From: the human T2T-CHM13v2.0 reference genome, Homo sapiens
NCBI RefSeq assembly: GCF_009914755.1
Contig: NC_060931.1
DNA: 64,000 bases
Direction: 5' to 3' (one strand)
Below are positions 31,160 to 42,371 of the stretch, piece by piece. A model generated the notes under the pieces. That model made no database searches. It was not told where the DNA came from and saw only the letters and a program-made list of their open reading frames with translations. A program made the position numbers and the translations under genes. Positions within the stretch are counted from its first letter, which is position 1. Every line of letters begins with the position of its first letter.

Positions 31160-32024
31160 TTTGCAAGATTCTTAATGAAACCCACGTCTGCCCCGTGGCC
31201 TTCACTGACGGTATTAGGAATGTGTTAGGCTCCCTTTGGTGGGTGTGATGCACTCCCAGAAATTATAATATCTTTATTGCCTCATGAAATTTCAATATTG
31301 AAATGAAGAAAATTGAAATGTTAAACATGAATTGATGTATAAAAGATTGCCAGGATAAAGTTCATTAAAATTTCAATTAAATACATTGATTTAATTTAAT
31401 AAATCAATTGATTTGATCATTTGTTGGGAAAGTTCTAATTTTTTTCCTGTAAGAAAAATGGTTTTTATAGCTTTGATGACATCTTTGTATATATTTTCAG
31501 GAACCTGGAGATAATGTTCCATTTATATCATCTCATTCAGAAAACCAGTCTTTATCATTACACCTTATGTTTTGTACAAATCGTTGTCTTATCCTCTAGC
31601 AGAGGATCTTTATATACAATATTTCTTTTTTTTATACTTACAGCTCTGATAAATTCTCTCTTATCTCTTTTACCATATGAGAATCAAGATGTAAGTTTGG
31701 ACCTAATTGTCATTAGGTGTGTAAGCTGGGGCAAGTTGCCTAATGTTTATGGACTTCAGTTTCTTCATCTATAAAATGAGAGTTTTAAAGTAGGTGACTG
31801 CTAAGATTATTTCCACTTCTATGATTCTAAGATGAAATTAGCAAACATTTGCTGAATACCTGTCATCAGAGGCTACATTCAGAAACATGCCCAGGACATT
31901 CCAGGACAGGCAGAAGTAATATTTAATGATAGCAATCTGAATAGAGGAACTTTCTGGGATGGTGAAAAATCTGTGCATTGATGAGGTATTTGCCCATGAA
32001 TGTGTGGATCCTCAAAACCTATGA

Positions 32025-32722
<698 letters not shown>

Positions 32723-33189
32723 ACCCTTCTACTTTGTAGCAAATCACAAAACCCTACATTCTTTAGTACTTTTGAAAGAGGCTTTTCAAAATTGCCATTT
32801 AATTAATATGATTTTCTTTCTTTAAATTGCTTATACTAGTACAGAGGTAGGAGATATAGTGACAGTTCTCCACTTGCGTTCTTTAATTTTGAGACTTACA
32901 AGTATGTAATTTAGAAAAAAAAGAGTAACTCAAACAATAGCTCTGCTGTTTTTTTATATTCTATTTTCCACATACTGTTCTAAGCAAACATTGTGTCTTA
33001 GAGAAATAAAAGCCACTACTTAATATAGGAACCCAGACCTCTCTTGGATGCTCATATATATATTTATGTACTGAGAGCATAAATTTCTATTAAGTAGAGT
33101 CATTTTCTTCACTCTTTGTAAGCAACAGCAAAGATTCTAAGTCCGTAAAGTGTGCCCTAAACATAATCTCTGCTTGTTATGAACTATTT

Positions 33190-33969
33190 TTAAAAACTAT
33201 CCATGAGGGTCACCATGCAGTTCATTATTGTAATTCTATGAAGATGTATATTTTTCTAATTTTTTTCCTGTACATACATATGATAAAGTTTAGTTTATAA
33301 GCTAGGCACAAGAGATTAACAAAAAAATTTTTTTAATTTTTAATTTAAAATGTTTCGACTTTTTAATTTTAAAAATTTTAAACTTTTTAAACAAATTTTT
33401 TTAAACATTTAGAAATCAGTCATAAGAGATTAACAAAAATAACTAGTAGTAAAATAGAATATTTATAACAGTATGCCAACATCACTACTCTTGGGCTTTG
33501 GGGTCATTATTAAGTAAAATAAGAATTACTCAAACACAAGCATCTTGATACTGCTGCAGTCAATCCGATAACTAAGATGGCTGTTCAGTGACTAATGAGA
33601 GGGTAGCCTGTACAGCGAGGATAAGCTGGTTGATGGGATGATTCACAAGTCAAGTGGAATGGAGAGGGACAGTGTAAGATTGCATCATGCTCCTCAGAAT
33701 GGCACACAATTTAAGACTTATGAATTGTTTATTACTGAAACTTTCCATTTAAAATTTTCAGAATGTGGTTGACCATGACTAACTGGAGCCATTGAAAATG
33801 AAACTGGGCAAGGTGCAGTGGCTCACACCTGTAATCCCAGCACTTCGGGAGGCCAAACGGGAGGATTACCTGAGGCCACAAGTTTGAGACCAGCCTGGAC
33901 AACATAGACCCTGTCTCTATTTAAAAAAAAAAAAAGAAAGTGAAACTGCAGGTCAGGGGGACTATTGTA
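33190..33969 (+). mobile_element. Tigger/MER44-type DNA transposon remnant interrupted by a FLAM (33806-33937)
   Basis: ATGATAAAGTTTAGTTTATAAG...TTAAGACTTATGAATTGTTTATT...GGGGACTATTG then TA. Confidence 0.7.
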
Positions 33970-34265
33970 ATGAAGAAAATACCAATCCTTCACAAACTCT
34001 GTCGGAAAACAGAAGAGGAGGGAACATTTCTCAACTTATTTTATGAGGCCAGCATTACATTAATACCAAAGCCAGACAAATTATTATAAGAAAAAAACAA
34101 AGATCAATATCCCTCATGAACATTGATGCAAAAATCCTTAACTAGATAGTTGCAAAAAAAATCCAGTAATATATAAAAGGAATAATACATCATAACCAAA
34201 TGGGGTTTGTCACAGGTTGGTTTCATATTTGAAAATATCCTTTCACAATATTAATAAATAATAGG
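33970..34265 (+). mobile_element. L1 ORF2 (RT region) fragment
   Basis: TTTTATGAGGCCAGCATTAC...CCAAAGCCAGACAAA...ATGAACATTGATGCAAAAATCCTTAAC. Confidence 0.85.
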
Positions 34266-34429
34266 GTAAAGCTATATGGTCCTCTACAGTTGGCAAATGG
34301 GAAGGGAAGGTAGAAGGGGAAAGCTCCTGGGGTTTTTATGTATATCCTTGTCCCTCCCACCCAGAATCACAACTTGTCAGAATTCACTTTTCAAAGTTAG
34401 GCCTTCTTGATAGGCACATTCTTTAAAAG

Positions 34430-36225
34430 AAAATGTTTAATGTGAAACATCATACATACACAGAAAAGTGCTTCCCTTCCCAATATATAGATCACACTGA
34501 TTGATCACAATTGTGTGTAATTACCTCACAAGTCTAGAAATATTAATATTGACAGCACCCCAGAAGCGACTCTTGTGTCCTTTCCTACTTTTCTTTTTCC
34601 TCAACGCTAACCACCCTCTCCACTTGTAACACCATAGATTACTCTGTTTCTTCACTTTATGGAAATATAATCATATATTATGTGTGCTTTTGTGTTCGGC
34701 TTCTTTTGTTCAGCATTGTGCTTGTGGAATTCATCTATGCCGTTGCATATTCCTGTGGTTTCATTTCTTCTCATAACTGTGTAGTGTTCCCTTTGGTGAT
34801 AAACCACAATTTATTTATTCAACTGTTGACAGGCATTCGGTTGTTTCATCATGGGCATTACAAATAATGCCATCATGAGCATTTTTTAGATGTCTCTTGG
34901 TGCACGTGTGCAAATCATTTTGTTGGATATATACTTAAGAGTGGAATTGATGGATTATAGGGAATACCTGTCTTCGCTTTTAGTAGATATCAAATTGTTT
35001 TCCGAAACAGTGGAACCAATTAACTTTATCACTGGTGTTCTTCATGCTCCTTGCCAACACTGGGCATTGTCCATCCTTTTAATTACAGTAATTCTGGTGG
35101 GGTATGTAGTGTCATCTCATTATTGTTTTACATCACATTTTTTGATTTGTTATGAGGCTGGACACTTTTTTATAGGTCTGCTGGTCATTGGGCTATCCTC
35201 TTTTTGTGACGCACATGCTCCAAATCTTATCCTGTTTTTCAATTGGATTGTCTTTTCTTTATTTGTTGAAGTTCTTTTTATATTATTGAAAAAAGCCATT
35301 TAAGACTTATATGTGCTGCAAATTCTTTTCCCTCTCTGTTGCTTGCCTTTTCAGTATCTTAATGGTGTCTTTTTTACACCATAATTGAAATGTGGTCAAC
35401 TATATTAGTCTTTCCCATTGTGGTTAGTGCTTTTTAAATGCCATTTAAGACATTTTTACTAATTTGATGTCCTGAAGATATTTTTCTGTATTACCTTCTA
35501 GATCAGTGTTGTCTAATAAAAATACTAAGTGAGCTGCATACATAATTTAAAATTTGTAGTATCCACATTAAGAGAGCAAAATAATCAGATAAAACTAATT
35601 TTAATATTGTGTTTTTTTAACTCACTCCAAATTAGTATTTCAAAGTTTCAATATAAAAATTGAGATATTTCACATTGTTTTTTCCTACTAAGTAATTAAA
35701 ATCAAATGCAGATTTTACTTAATAGCACATCTCGAATGTTCAGTATCCATACATGGGCAGAGCAGTTCTAGAAGATTTATTGTTTTTACCCTTTCACATT
35801 ATATCTTATGTTCCACCTGAAAATGATTTTTTGAATGAATTGTGAGGTAGAAATCATTACTTACTCATTTGGGCATCCAGTTGCCTTAAGACCACTTTAT
35901 TGAATATAAAGACAGTCCTATCTTCACTGTTCTGTTATGCTACTTTGGTATTAAAGTGTCCACATATGTGTGTCTTGTTCCTGTATTCTGTGACATTTGT
36001 CTATTTTTCTATGCTTGCACCAGTATTACACTATCTTATTATAATTTTTGTAATAAGTTTTGATACCTGGTAAAGAAGAATTTCTTCTTAGGAGAGTCTT
36101 GGCTACTCTTGACCCTTTACATTTCCATATAAATTATAATCAGCTTGCCAGGTTCTGCAAAAATATCTTTTGGAGTTTTGATTGAGATTGTATTGAATCT
36201 AAGGATCAGTTTGAGGACAGCACTT
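34430..36225 (-). mobile_element. Old L1ME fragment
   Basis: Degraded reverse L1 3' region (AGTGGAATTGATGGAT, TTCCATATAAATT...GATTGAGATTGTATTGAATCTA). Confidence 0.75.
35504..35765. mobile_element. MER3/MER33-type hAT MITE inserted in the L1
   Basis: CAGTGTTGTC...GGGCAGAGCAG ends; 8-bp flanks TTCTAGAT / TTCTAGAA. Confidence 0.7.
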
Positions 36226-36789
36226 CTTTTTATATTATCTGTTCATCAGATGCTCTCATCTGGGTAGGATCTGGACATGCTGTGCCTTCCAGACTCTGCT
36301 ACCTTTCCCTTTCTGGCGTGGAAGCTGCTAACTGAGAGGGAGGCTCAACCCTCAGCTTTGATGAGAGCCCTGGAGGGCCCCCTCCCTCTTTTTGCAGGAG
36401 ACTTTCCTTAAGGGCAGAAAGTCCCTGGCAAGATTCTGGAATTCTAGGATGAAGAAAAATGAAGTCTGGGAGGAACCAGACCCAAAAAAACACAAAAAAA
36501 AACAAAACTCTGTCCCCTGTATCTATATAGCAGGGGCCTTGTACCCTGTGTGTGAGTTCTCAGGGGTCACCTGTTCTTGCATTGACTTGAACCTAGGGCA
36601 CATCAACACAACTTACCCTACTTGAAAACAGATTAACGCTTTTTACTCCTCACTCTCCTCTTTCTCTGTCATCAGTCCTATAGTTTGCTTTGTGGTTTCA
36701 GACCAAGTTCCATTGAGAAACCAGTTCCAAAGGTAGAGGCTTGTATATCCTAGCTGACTAGACAGGAGAGGAAAGGAACAGACTGTCTT

Positions 36790-37038
36790 GGCCGGGCGGG
36801 CGGATCACTTGAGGTCAGGAGTTTGAGACCAGCTTGGCCAACATAGTGAAACCCCATCTCTACTAAAAATACAAAAAATTAGCCAGGCGTGGTGGCGGGC
36901 GCCTGTAATCCCAGCTACTCGGGAGGCTGAAGTGGGAGAATCACTTGAACTGAGAGGTGGAGGTTGCAGTGAACCAAGATCACACCACTGTACTCCAGCC
37001 TGGGCAACAGAGTGAGACTGTCTCAAAAAGAAAAAAAG
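36790..37038 (+). mobile_element. AluS with left-arm deletion
   Basis: GGCCGGGCG joined directly to GGCGGATCAC; TSD AGACTGTCT. Confidence 0.9.
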
Positions 37039-37214
37039 ACTGTCTAGAAAAAGGTAATCTCTAGAATCTGAAGAGGGTTAACAAAATGAGGATTAAGGCA
37101 AAATACAGTTAGTAATAAGATAACAAGGAATCTGATCATGGAAAAGGGGTCCTTGTAACTTACTGAGGCTGAATGTTGGTTTACCATCTTACATTTTCTA
37201 CGTCCATTAAATCA

Positions 37215-38760
37215 GCCTTCTGGGAATCCACAGTCCTGGCAATTCTGAACTGCCCCAGGAGGAGGGAAGCCATCTCTCTAGGGTGAGATAGGTGAGCCAT
37301 CAGGTCTGGTGGTGGGAGTCCACAGTCCTGGCACTTCTGAACTGCCCCAGTAGGAGCGAGCCCATCTCTCCAGGGTGAGATATGTGAGCCGTCAGGTCTG
37401 GTTGTGGGAGTCCACAGTCCTGACACTTCTGAACTGCCCCAGTAGGAGGAAAGCCATCTCTCCAAGGTGAGATTTGTGAGCTGTCAGGTCTGGCTGAGAG
37501 AATGCACAGTCCTGGCAATTCTGAACTGCCCCAGTATGAGGGAAACCATCTCCCCAGGGTAAGATTTGTGAGCCGTCATGTCTGGCTGTGGGAGTCCACA
37601 GTCCTGGCACTTCTGAACTGCCCCAGTATGAGGGAAGCCATCTCTCCAGGGTGAGATTCATGAGCCATCAGGTCTCGTTGGGAGAATCCACAGTCCTGGC
37701 ACTTCTGAACTGCCCCAGTATGAGGGAAGCCATCTCTCCAGGGTGAGATTCATGAGCCATCAGGTCTCGTTGGGAGAATCCACAGTCCTGGCACTTCTGA
37801 ACTGCCCCAGTATGAGGGAAGCCATCTCTCCAGGGTAAGATTTGTGAGCCGTCAGGTCTGGTTGTAGGAGTCCACAGTCCTGGCACTTCTGAACTGCCCC
37901 ATTATGAGGGAAACCATCTCCCCAGGGTAAGATTTGTGAGCCGTCAGGTCTGGTTGTGGGAGTCTACAGTCCTGGCACTTCTGAACTGCCCCAGTATGAG
38001 GGAAACCATCTCCCCAGGGTAAGATTTGTGAGCCGTCAGGTCTGGTTGTAGGAGTCCACAGTCCTGGCACTTCTGAACTGCCCCAGTATGAGGGAAGCCG
38101 TCTCTCCAGGGTGAGATTCATGAGCCATCAGGTCTCGTTGGGAGAATCCACAGTCCTGGCACTTCTGAACTGCCCCAGTATGAGGGAAGCCATCTCTCCA
38201 GGGTAAGATTTGTGAGCCGTCAGGTCTGGTTGTGGGAGTCCACAATCCTGGCACTTCTGAACTGCCCCGGTATGAGGGAAACCATCTCCCCAGGGTAAGA
38301 TTTGTGAGCCGTCAGGTCTGGTTGTGGGAGTCCACAGTCCTGGCACTTCTGAACTGCCCCAGTATGAGGGAAACCATCTCCCCAGGGTAAGATTTGTGAG
38401 CCGTCAGGTCTGGTTGTAGGAGTCCACAGTCCTGGCACTTCTGAACTGCCCCAGTATGAGGGAAGCCATCTCTCCAGGGTGAGATTCATGAGCCATCAAG
38501 TCTCGTTGGGAGAATCCACAGTCCTGGCAATTCTGAACTGCCCCAGTATGAGGGAAACCATCTCCCCAGGGTAAGATTTGTGAGCCGTCAGGTCTGCTTG
38601 TGGGAATCCACAGTCCTGGCACTTCTGAACTGCCCCAGTATGAGGAAAGCAATCTCTCCAGGGTGAGATTTGTGAGCCATCAGGTCTGGTTGTGGGAGTC
38701 CACAGTCCTGGAAATTCTGAACTGCCCCAGTAGGAGGGAAGCCATCTCTCTAGGATAAGA
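37215..38760. repeat. 92-bp minisatellite (VNTR-like), ~17 copies
   Basis: CACAGTCCTGG anchor (or a 1-nt variant) recurs every 92 bp from 37229 to 38701 without loss of phase. Confidence 0.98.
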
Positions 38761-39230
38761 TGCAGGGGTGTACTAGGTTGTGGGGATTAGAGTACAGGGG
38801 ACTAGCAAGAGGGTCTATGAGGAGGGCGAGGGGGAAAGATAGGAGGACACTTGGAAAGGGGTGCCTGACGAGCAGGGCGGTGGCATACGGACGCTCTGGA
38901 ATTAACAGAGGAAGAGCTGGGCAGGGAGTTCCGGGAGGTAGGGTGCTGGGAAGGGGCGACATTAGTCAGCTGGGGGAAACAGGTACGCTGGAAAACTGAA
39001 CAGCTTGGACGGTCCTGGAGAGGAGGCTGAGGGCAGGAAGTTTGAGGAGTAAGGGGAGGAAGAAGGGCTGGAAGACGAGAGCCAGAAGGAACAGAAAGAA
39101 ATGGAGGCCAGGGTTGAGGCCGAGAAATTGGAGGTAGCTTTCTGGTCATTTTTCCAAATGAGTGCTGTAGTAACTCACTTGTCCAAACGAGTCAGAATGA
39201 ATAACTGAGATGTGCTGAGACCGACTCCAG

Positions 39231-39330
39231 CATTTATCTCCTCAGGACATTCCATCACAGAATGCCTATTATGAAACATACATTTATCTCCTTAGGACAT
39301 TTCTTGATGGAATGCCCATTATGAAACATA
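39231..39330. repeat. 50-bp tandem duplication
   Basis: CATTTATCTCCT.AGGACATT...GAATGCC.ATTATGAAACATA twice. Confidence 0.9.
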
Positions 39331-39967
39331 CATGCTCCCTTTTGTTCTAGTGAGGAGGCCCCATCAATCAGGGAAATGGTCCCAGTTTCTCAGTTTAAGA
39401 GTGGTCATGGGAAGTAGCAAAGAAAATAAATGGATCTGTAATTATTGGTCCTTGTTCTTGGGATACCATGTAGTTTTGCCCCTCCATAGGCAAAGATTGA
39501 TCAAGGGGCTAACAGAGGCAGGGGCTTGGGGCCTAGGAGAGCAGTTCTGAAGCAGGAATTGGGAAAATGGGAAGTCAGTATCCTAGTCTCTTTTCCTTAC
39601 TACATTGTTCAAAGCCCTTTCACATCATTTACCTCACTGTGTGAATGCACATGATTAGAGATGTTACGTTATTTTATCGATGAGGACACTAAAGACCAGA
39701 AAACGAACTACCAGTAGGCACAAAGCAGGTGGGACTAGAACTTGGCCAGAAAGAGGGCTGGTGGGAGGGAGCACAGAATGGCACAAAGTGCTTACCAGCA
39801 TCTTTGCCTCCTCCTGTGTCTCTGGACAGGATCTTGTAGGAGGAGCTTAAGAGCAGAACTGTACTTTTCGTAGCTTACCTCGTAGTTCCTGTGTTCCCTT
39901 GGTTTGATGCCTTTCTGTTCACTGGAACCAGAAACAAAAGGCCAAAGCTGGTACACTCTCTGCCCAT

Positions 39968-40464
39968 TGAAACTGTGCCCCAAAGAGCTGAAGAAAGCAG
40001 TAACAGAAATCTTCGAGCTTGCAGGATGGCAGATAAGAAACAACTTGCTAAAATAAAGCTCCCTCCCCTTCTAAGAGAATGAAATTGGCTAAAATTGGTT
40101 AAAACTAATATGGCCAATGAATATATGTAGAATGAACTCGCTGATATCACAACCCAAATTTCTACCACATGTTTCATACTGACTCCTCTTGTTTCATACT
40201 AACTTCCCCTGAATTTGTGTATGGGATCCATGAGGAGGCATGGAGAGATAACTGTGCACGCCTGAGGGACTTCGCAGATGTTCCCTTTCCTTCTACCAAC
40301 TACTTGCTAATCCCAGAATCAGCCCCTTAACCTTTTCTAATAAAAGTACTGCCTTAAAGCCAGCACAGGGAGACAGATTTGAGCTGGACTCCTGTCTCCT
40401 TGTTGAGTAACCTGCAATGAAAAGCTTTTCTTTTCTCAAAAACCTGGTGTCATAGTATTGGCTT
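39968..40464 (+). mobile_element. Older ERV1-type LTR, 5' part (continues at 55695-55733)
   Basis: Begins TGAAAC; rejoined across the GCTT TSD it ends CTCAGTAACA followed by PBS-like TGGCAACCCAGGTGGGA. Confidence 0.7.
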
Positions 40465-40876
40465 TGTAAACCAAAAATAAAATTCAAAGGCACCCCTGCA
40501 ACCATCCCAATGGATTCCCTCCTCAGCCAGGGCACCCTAAAATTTAACCAAAAAAGACTGGTTTAGGCCTTGAAGCCAGGTGGGGGTTGAACTTGCTTCA
40601 TTATACCCTTCCAGCATTACTATCATCACAGACCTTAAGAAACATTTACAGTCTATTCTCTCTAAAGCCTGATACTTGGAGGCTTCATCTGCATGATAAA
40701 ACCTCCGCAACCCCTTGTCTTCACCCAGACATTCTTTTCTGTAGATAAAAACTCTTTCAACCAATTGCCAATCAGAATATGTTTAAGTGTACCTATGACT
40801 TGGAAGCCTCCTTCTTTGAGTTGTCCCACCCTTCCAGATCAAACCAATGTAAATCTTAATGTATTGGTGGATGTAT

Positions 40877-42371
40877 TGAAGGGGGCCTGCCCCTCCACAC
40901 CTGTGGGTATTTCTCGCAAGGTGGAGACGAGAGACTGAGAAAAGAAATAAGACACGGAGACAAAGTATAGAGGACTAAAAGTGGGCCCAGGGGACCAGCG
41001 CTCAGCAAGTTAGGACCTGCACCAGTGCTGGTCTCTGAGTTCCCTCAGTATTTATTGATCACTATCTTTACTATCTTGGTGAGGGGAATGTGGTGTAACT
41101 ATAGGGTGATGGTGGGGAGAGGGTCAGCAGAAAAACATTTGAGCAAAGGAATCTGTGTCATAAATAAGGAAAGGTGTTGTGCCTGGATGTGCACATAGGC
41201 TAGTTTTATGTTTAACTTTACATAAACATTTCAGTGCAGTAAAAAGTAACAGAGCAGTATTGCCACCATGATGTCTCACCTCCAGCCATAAGGCGGTTTT
41301 CTCCTATCTCAGAATAGAATGTACGCTCGGTTTTACACCAAGTCATTCCATTCCCAGAGACATGCAGGAAACAAATGCCTTCCTCTTATCTCAACTGCAT
41401 GGAAGTCTTCCTCTTTCACTAATCCTCCTCAGCACTGACCCTTTACAGGTGTCGGGCTGAGGGGCTGTAAGGTCTTTCCCTTCCCACGAGGCCATATCTT
41501 AGGCTGTCTCAGTGGGGAGAAACCTGGACAATACCCAGGCTTTCTTGGGCAGGGGTCCCTGCGGCCTTCCACAGTGCATTGTGTCTCTGGTTAATAGAGA
41601 ATGGAGAATGGCGATGACTTTCACAAAGCATACTGCCTGCAAACACATTTTTAACAAAGCACATCCTGCACAGCCCTGAATTCCTTAAACCTCAGTCAAT
41701 ACTGTCAGGCCTCTGAGCCCAAGCCAAGCCATCGCATCCCCTGTGACTTGCACGTATATGCCCAGATGGCCTAAAGTAACTGAAGAATCACAAAAGAAGT
41801 GAAAATGCCCTGCCCCGCCTTAACTGATGACATTCTACCACAAAAGAAGTGTAAATGGCCGGTCCTTGCCTTAACCGATGACATTCCCCCACAAAAGAAG
41901 TGAAAATGGCCGGTCCTTGCCTTAAGTGATGACATTACCTTGTGAAAGTCCTTTTCCTGGCTCATCCTGGCTCAGAAACCTTCCTTACTGAGCACCTCGT
42001 GACCCCCACTCCTACCCGCCAGAGAACAAACACCCTTTGACCGTAATTTTCCTTTACCTACCCAAATCTTATAAAACAGCCCCACCCCTATCTCCCTTCA
42101 CTGACTCTCTTTTCGGACTCAGCCCGCCTGCACCCAGGTGATTAAAAGCTTTATTGCTCACACAAAGCCTGTTTGGTGGTCTCTTCACACGGACACGCAT
42201 GAAAAATACAGCACATGTTTTTGTGAGCACAGGGTTGGGACAAGAGTTACAGATTAACAGCATCTCAAAGCAGAACAATTTTTCTTAGTGCAGATCAAAA
42301 TGGAGTTTCTTATATCTTCCTTTTTCTCCATAGACACAGTAACAATCTGATCTCTCTTTGTTTTCCCCATA
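40877..42371 (-). mobile_element. HERV-K(HML-2) solo LTR (LTR5A-like), interrupted by LTR7
   Basis: Reverse reads T(A)TGGGGAAAA.AAAGAGAGATCAGATTGTTACTGTGTCT...CCCACAGGTGTGGAGGGGCAGGCCCCCTTCA; 6-bp TSD ATGTAT at 40871-40876 and 42372-42377. Confidence 0.92.
41703..42204 (+). mobile_element. HERV-H solo LTR (LTR7)
   Basis: TGTCAGGCCTCTGAGCCCAAGCCAAGCC...CACACGGACACGCATGAAA; TATAAAA 42070-42076; ATTAAA 42141-42146; 5-bp TSD AATAC at 41698-41702 and 42205-42209. Confidence 0.95.

Noticed and set aside
36303-36443. Possible antisense exon with acceptor TTTTTCTTCATCCTAG
   Set aside because: The matching donor (AAG|GTAGCA) is weak and the peptide is unrecognisable.
37215-38760. Regular repeat array as a CRISPR-like locus or repeat-protein gene (many overlapping ORFs)
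   Set aside because: Units are contiguous with no unique spacers; 92 is not a multiple of 3, so frames rotate and hit stops; eukaryotic intron with no cas genes.
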